Of a DNA stretch of 48,638 nt, positions 47,583 to 48,638 are shown piece after piece; the first letter of the stretch is position 1; the number at the start of each line of letters is the position of its first letter. This stretch comes from Peribolospora baueri. Lineage: Eukaryota. The DNA is taken from the NCBI GenBank assembly GCA_029717555.1, contig JAMDHS010000029.1:186001-234638 (forward strand), in the 5' to 3' direction. The notes beneath the pieces are model-generated. The model was given only the letters and a program-made list of their open reading frames with translations, was not told the origin of the DNA and searched no databases. The translations under genes were made by a program, and so were the position numbers.

Positions 47583-48638
47583 ATGAAGTCTGTCACACTG
47601 CTCAAGCTCGTTCTCTTGGCCGTCGCCGGTGAGCAGACAATCCGATCCAATCCGTCCGCAACGCCGGCAAGGGCGATTGCGTTCTAACCGGCCGCGTCTC
47701 TCTCTCTCCCTCTCTCTGTGTGTGCTTTCTTCTTAGCCAACGCAATCGCTGCCCCGATCCCCACCACCGAGTATGCCTCTCGTGACATGGAGGACGTGAC
47801 CTCCTCCGTCCGTCGTACCATCGCCGAGGACGACCTGTGGACGCGCGCCGTACAGGAGGAGCTCGAGGTGAGCTTGAGCGTCGGCTCTCCGTTCGCCGTC
47901 CGACGGGACGGGGCGTGCTGACGGCATTTTGAATTCATTTCCTCGCAGATGTACAAGCGCCAGCAGCCTGGCGGGCTCGCCGTCGAGGACCTCGTCGCCC
48001 GCTATGGTGGTGGCGGCGGTGGCGGCGGTGGCCATGGTGGTGGCCATGGTGGCGGCGGTGGCCATGGTGGTGGCGGTGGTCGGAACAAAGGTGGTGGTGG
48101 AAACGGTAAGGGTGGCGGCGGCGGCGAGACGATCGAAGGAAACGCCAACGGCGCCAACAACGGCAACAATTGTGGTCGTCGTCGTCGTCGCGGCGCGGGC
48201 TACGCCTGCGAAGTCGTCGTGGAGAACTTTTACGGCGGTAGCGGTCCCAGCAACCAGAACGGCGGCGGCGGTGGCGGTGGCCATGGTGGTGGCCATGATG
48301 GTGGCGGTAGCCATGGTGGTGCCGGTGGCCCTCTGCCAGCGCGCCCGGCTACGTCCATGCCTCCCGCCCACCAAGGTCGCCCGCCGAATCGCGGTCCCGT
48401 CGGCGGACATGGTGGCGGTGGCCATGGTGGTGGCGGTGGTTGGAACAAAGGTGGTGGCGGAAACGGCAAGGGTGGCGGCGGCGGCGAGACGATCGAAGGA
48501 AACGCCAACGGCGCCAACAACGGCAACAATTGTGGTCGTCGTCGTCGTCGCGGCGCGGGCTACGCCTGCGAAGTCGTCGTGGAGAACTTTTACGGCGGTA
48601 GCGGTCCCAGCAACCAGAACGGCGGCGGCGGTGGCGGT
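47583..48638 (+). CDS. Secreted Gly/His/Asn-rich repeat precursor C, truncated by the window end. Exons 47583-47628, 47736-47867, 47949->48638
   Basis: Signal peptide MKSVTLLKLVLLAVA|ANAIA; acidic pro-region with SR/RR/KR/LVAR sites; open Gly-rich frame to the window end. Missed by the ORF track. Confidence 0.82.
48054..48638 (+). repeat. 360-bp near-identical tandem repeat (120 codons) inside precursor C
   Basis: 48121-48278 and 48481-48638 are identical; 48061-48120 and 48421-48480 differ at three positions. Confidence 0.95.

Noticed and set aside
1..48638. Autonomous transposon or biosynthetic gene cluster
   Set aside because: No RT, integrase or transposase motifs, LTRs, or PKS/NRPS/DUF3328 genes recognised.

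Overview
Eukaryotic, GC-rich, intron-dense fungal DNA. The GT-AG introns of about 70-200 nt, CTRAC branch sites and a beta-flanking gene point to a basidiomycete. Most of the supplied six-frame ORFs are shadow ORFs, so gene models were rebuilt by hand from splice signals. In order, the window holds: a truncated nucleolin-like gene (-); an unusually long PacC/Rim101 (+) with a cluster of its own binding sites upstream; aspartyl aminopeptidase (-); a secreted Kex2-type Gly/Asn-rich repeat precursor A (+); an intron-containing tRNA-Glu(CTC) (-); Med13 (+); a GT71 mannosyltransferase (+); a multiply disrupted KDM3-type JmjC pseudogene (+); an mS34-like gene (-) head-to-head with NOP13 (+); a strongly structured unannotated intergenic segment carrying a telomere-template-like sequence; a DUF2461 gene (-); a beta-flanking protein (+); GH55 (-); repeat precursor B, a paralog of A (-); a GPI-type GH5 (+) with a long 3' hairpin; and a third, Gly/His-rich secreted repeat precursor C (+, truncated). 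The best leads are the A/B/C secreted processed-repeat proteins, the candidate ncRNA at about 31.4-31.8 kb, the 34-bp hairpin after GH5, and the JmjC pseudogene. All family assignments come from recalled motifs; no searches were run.
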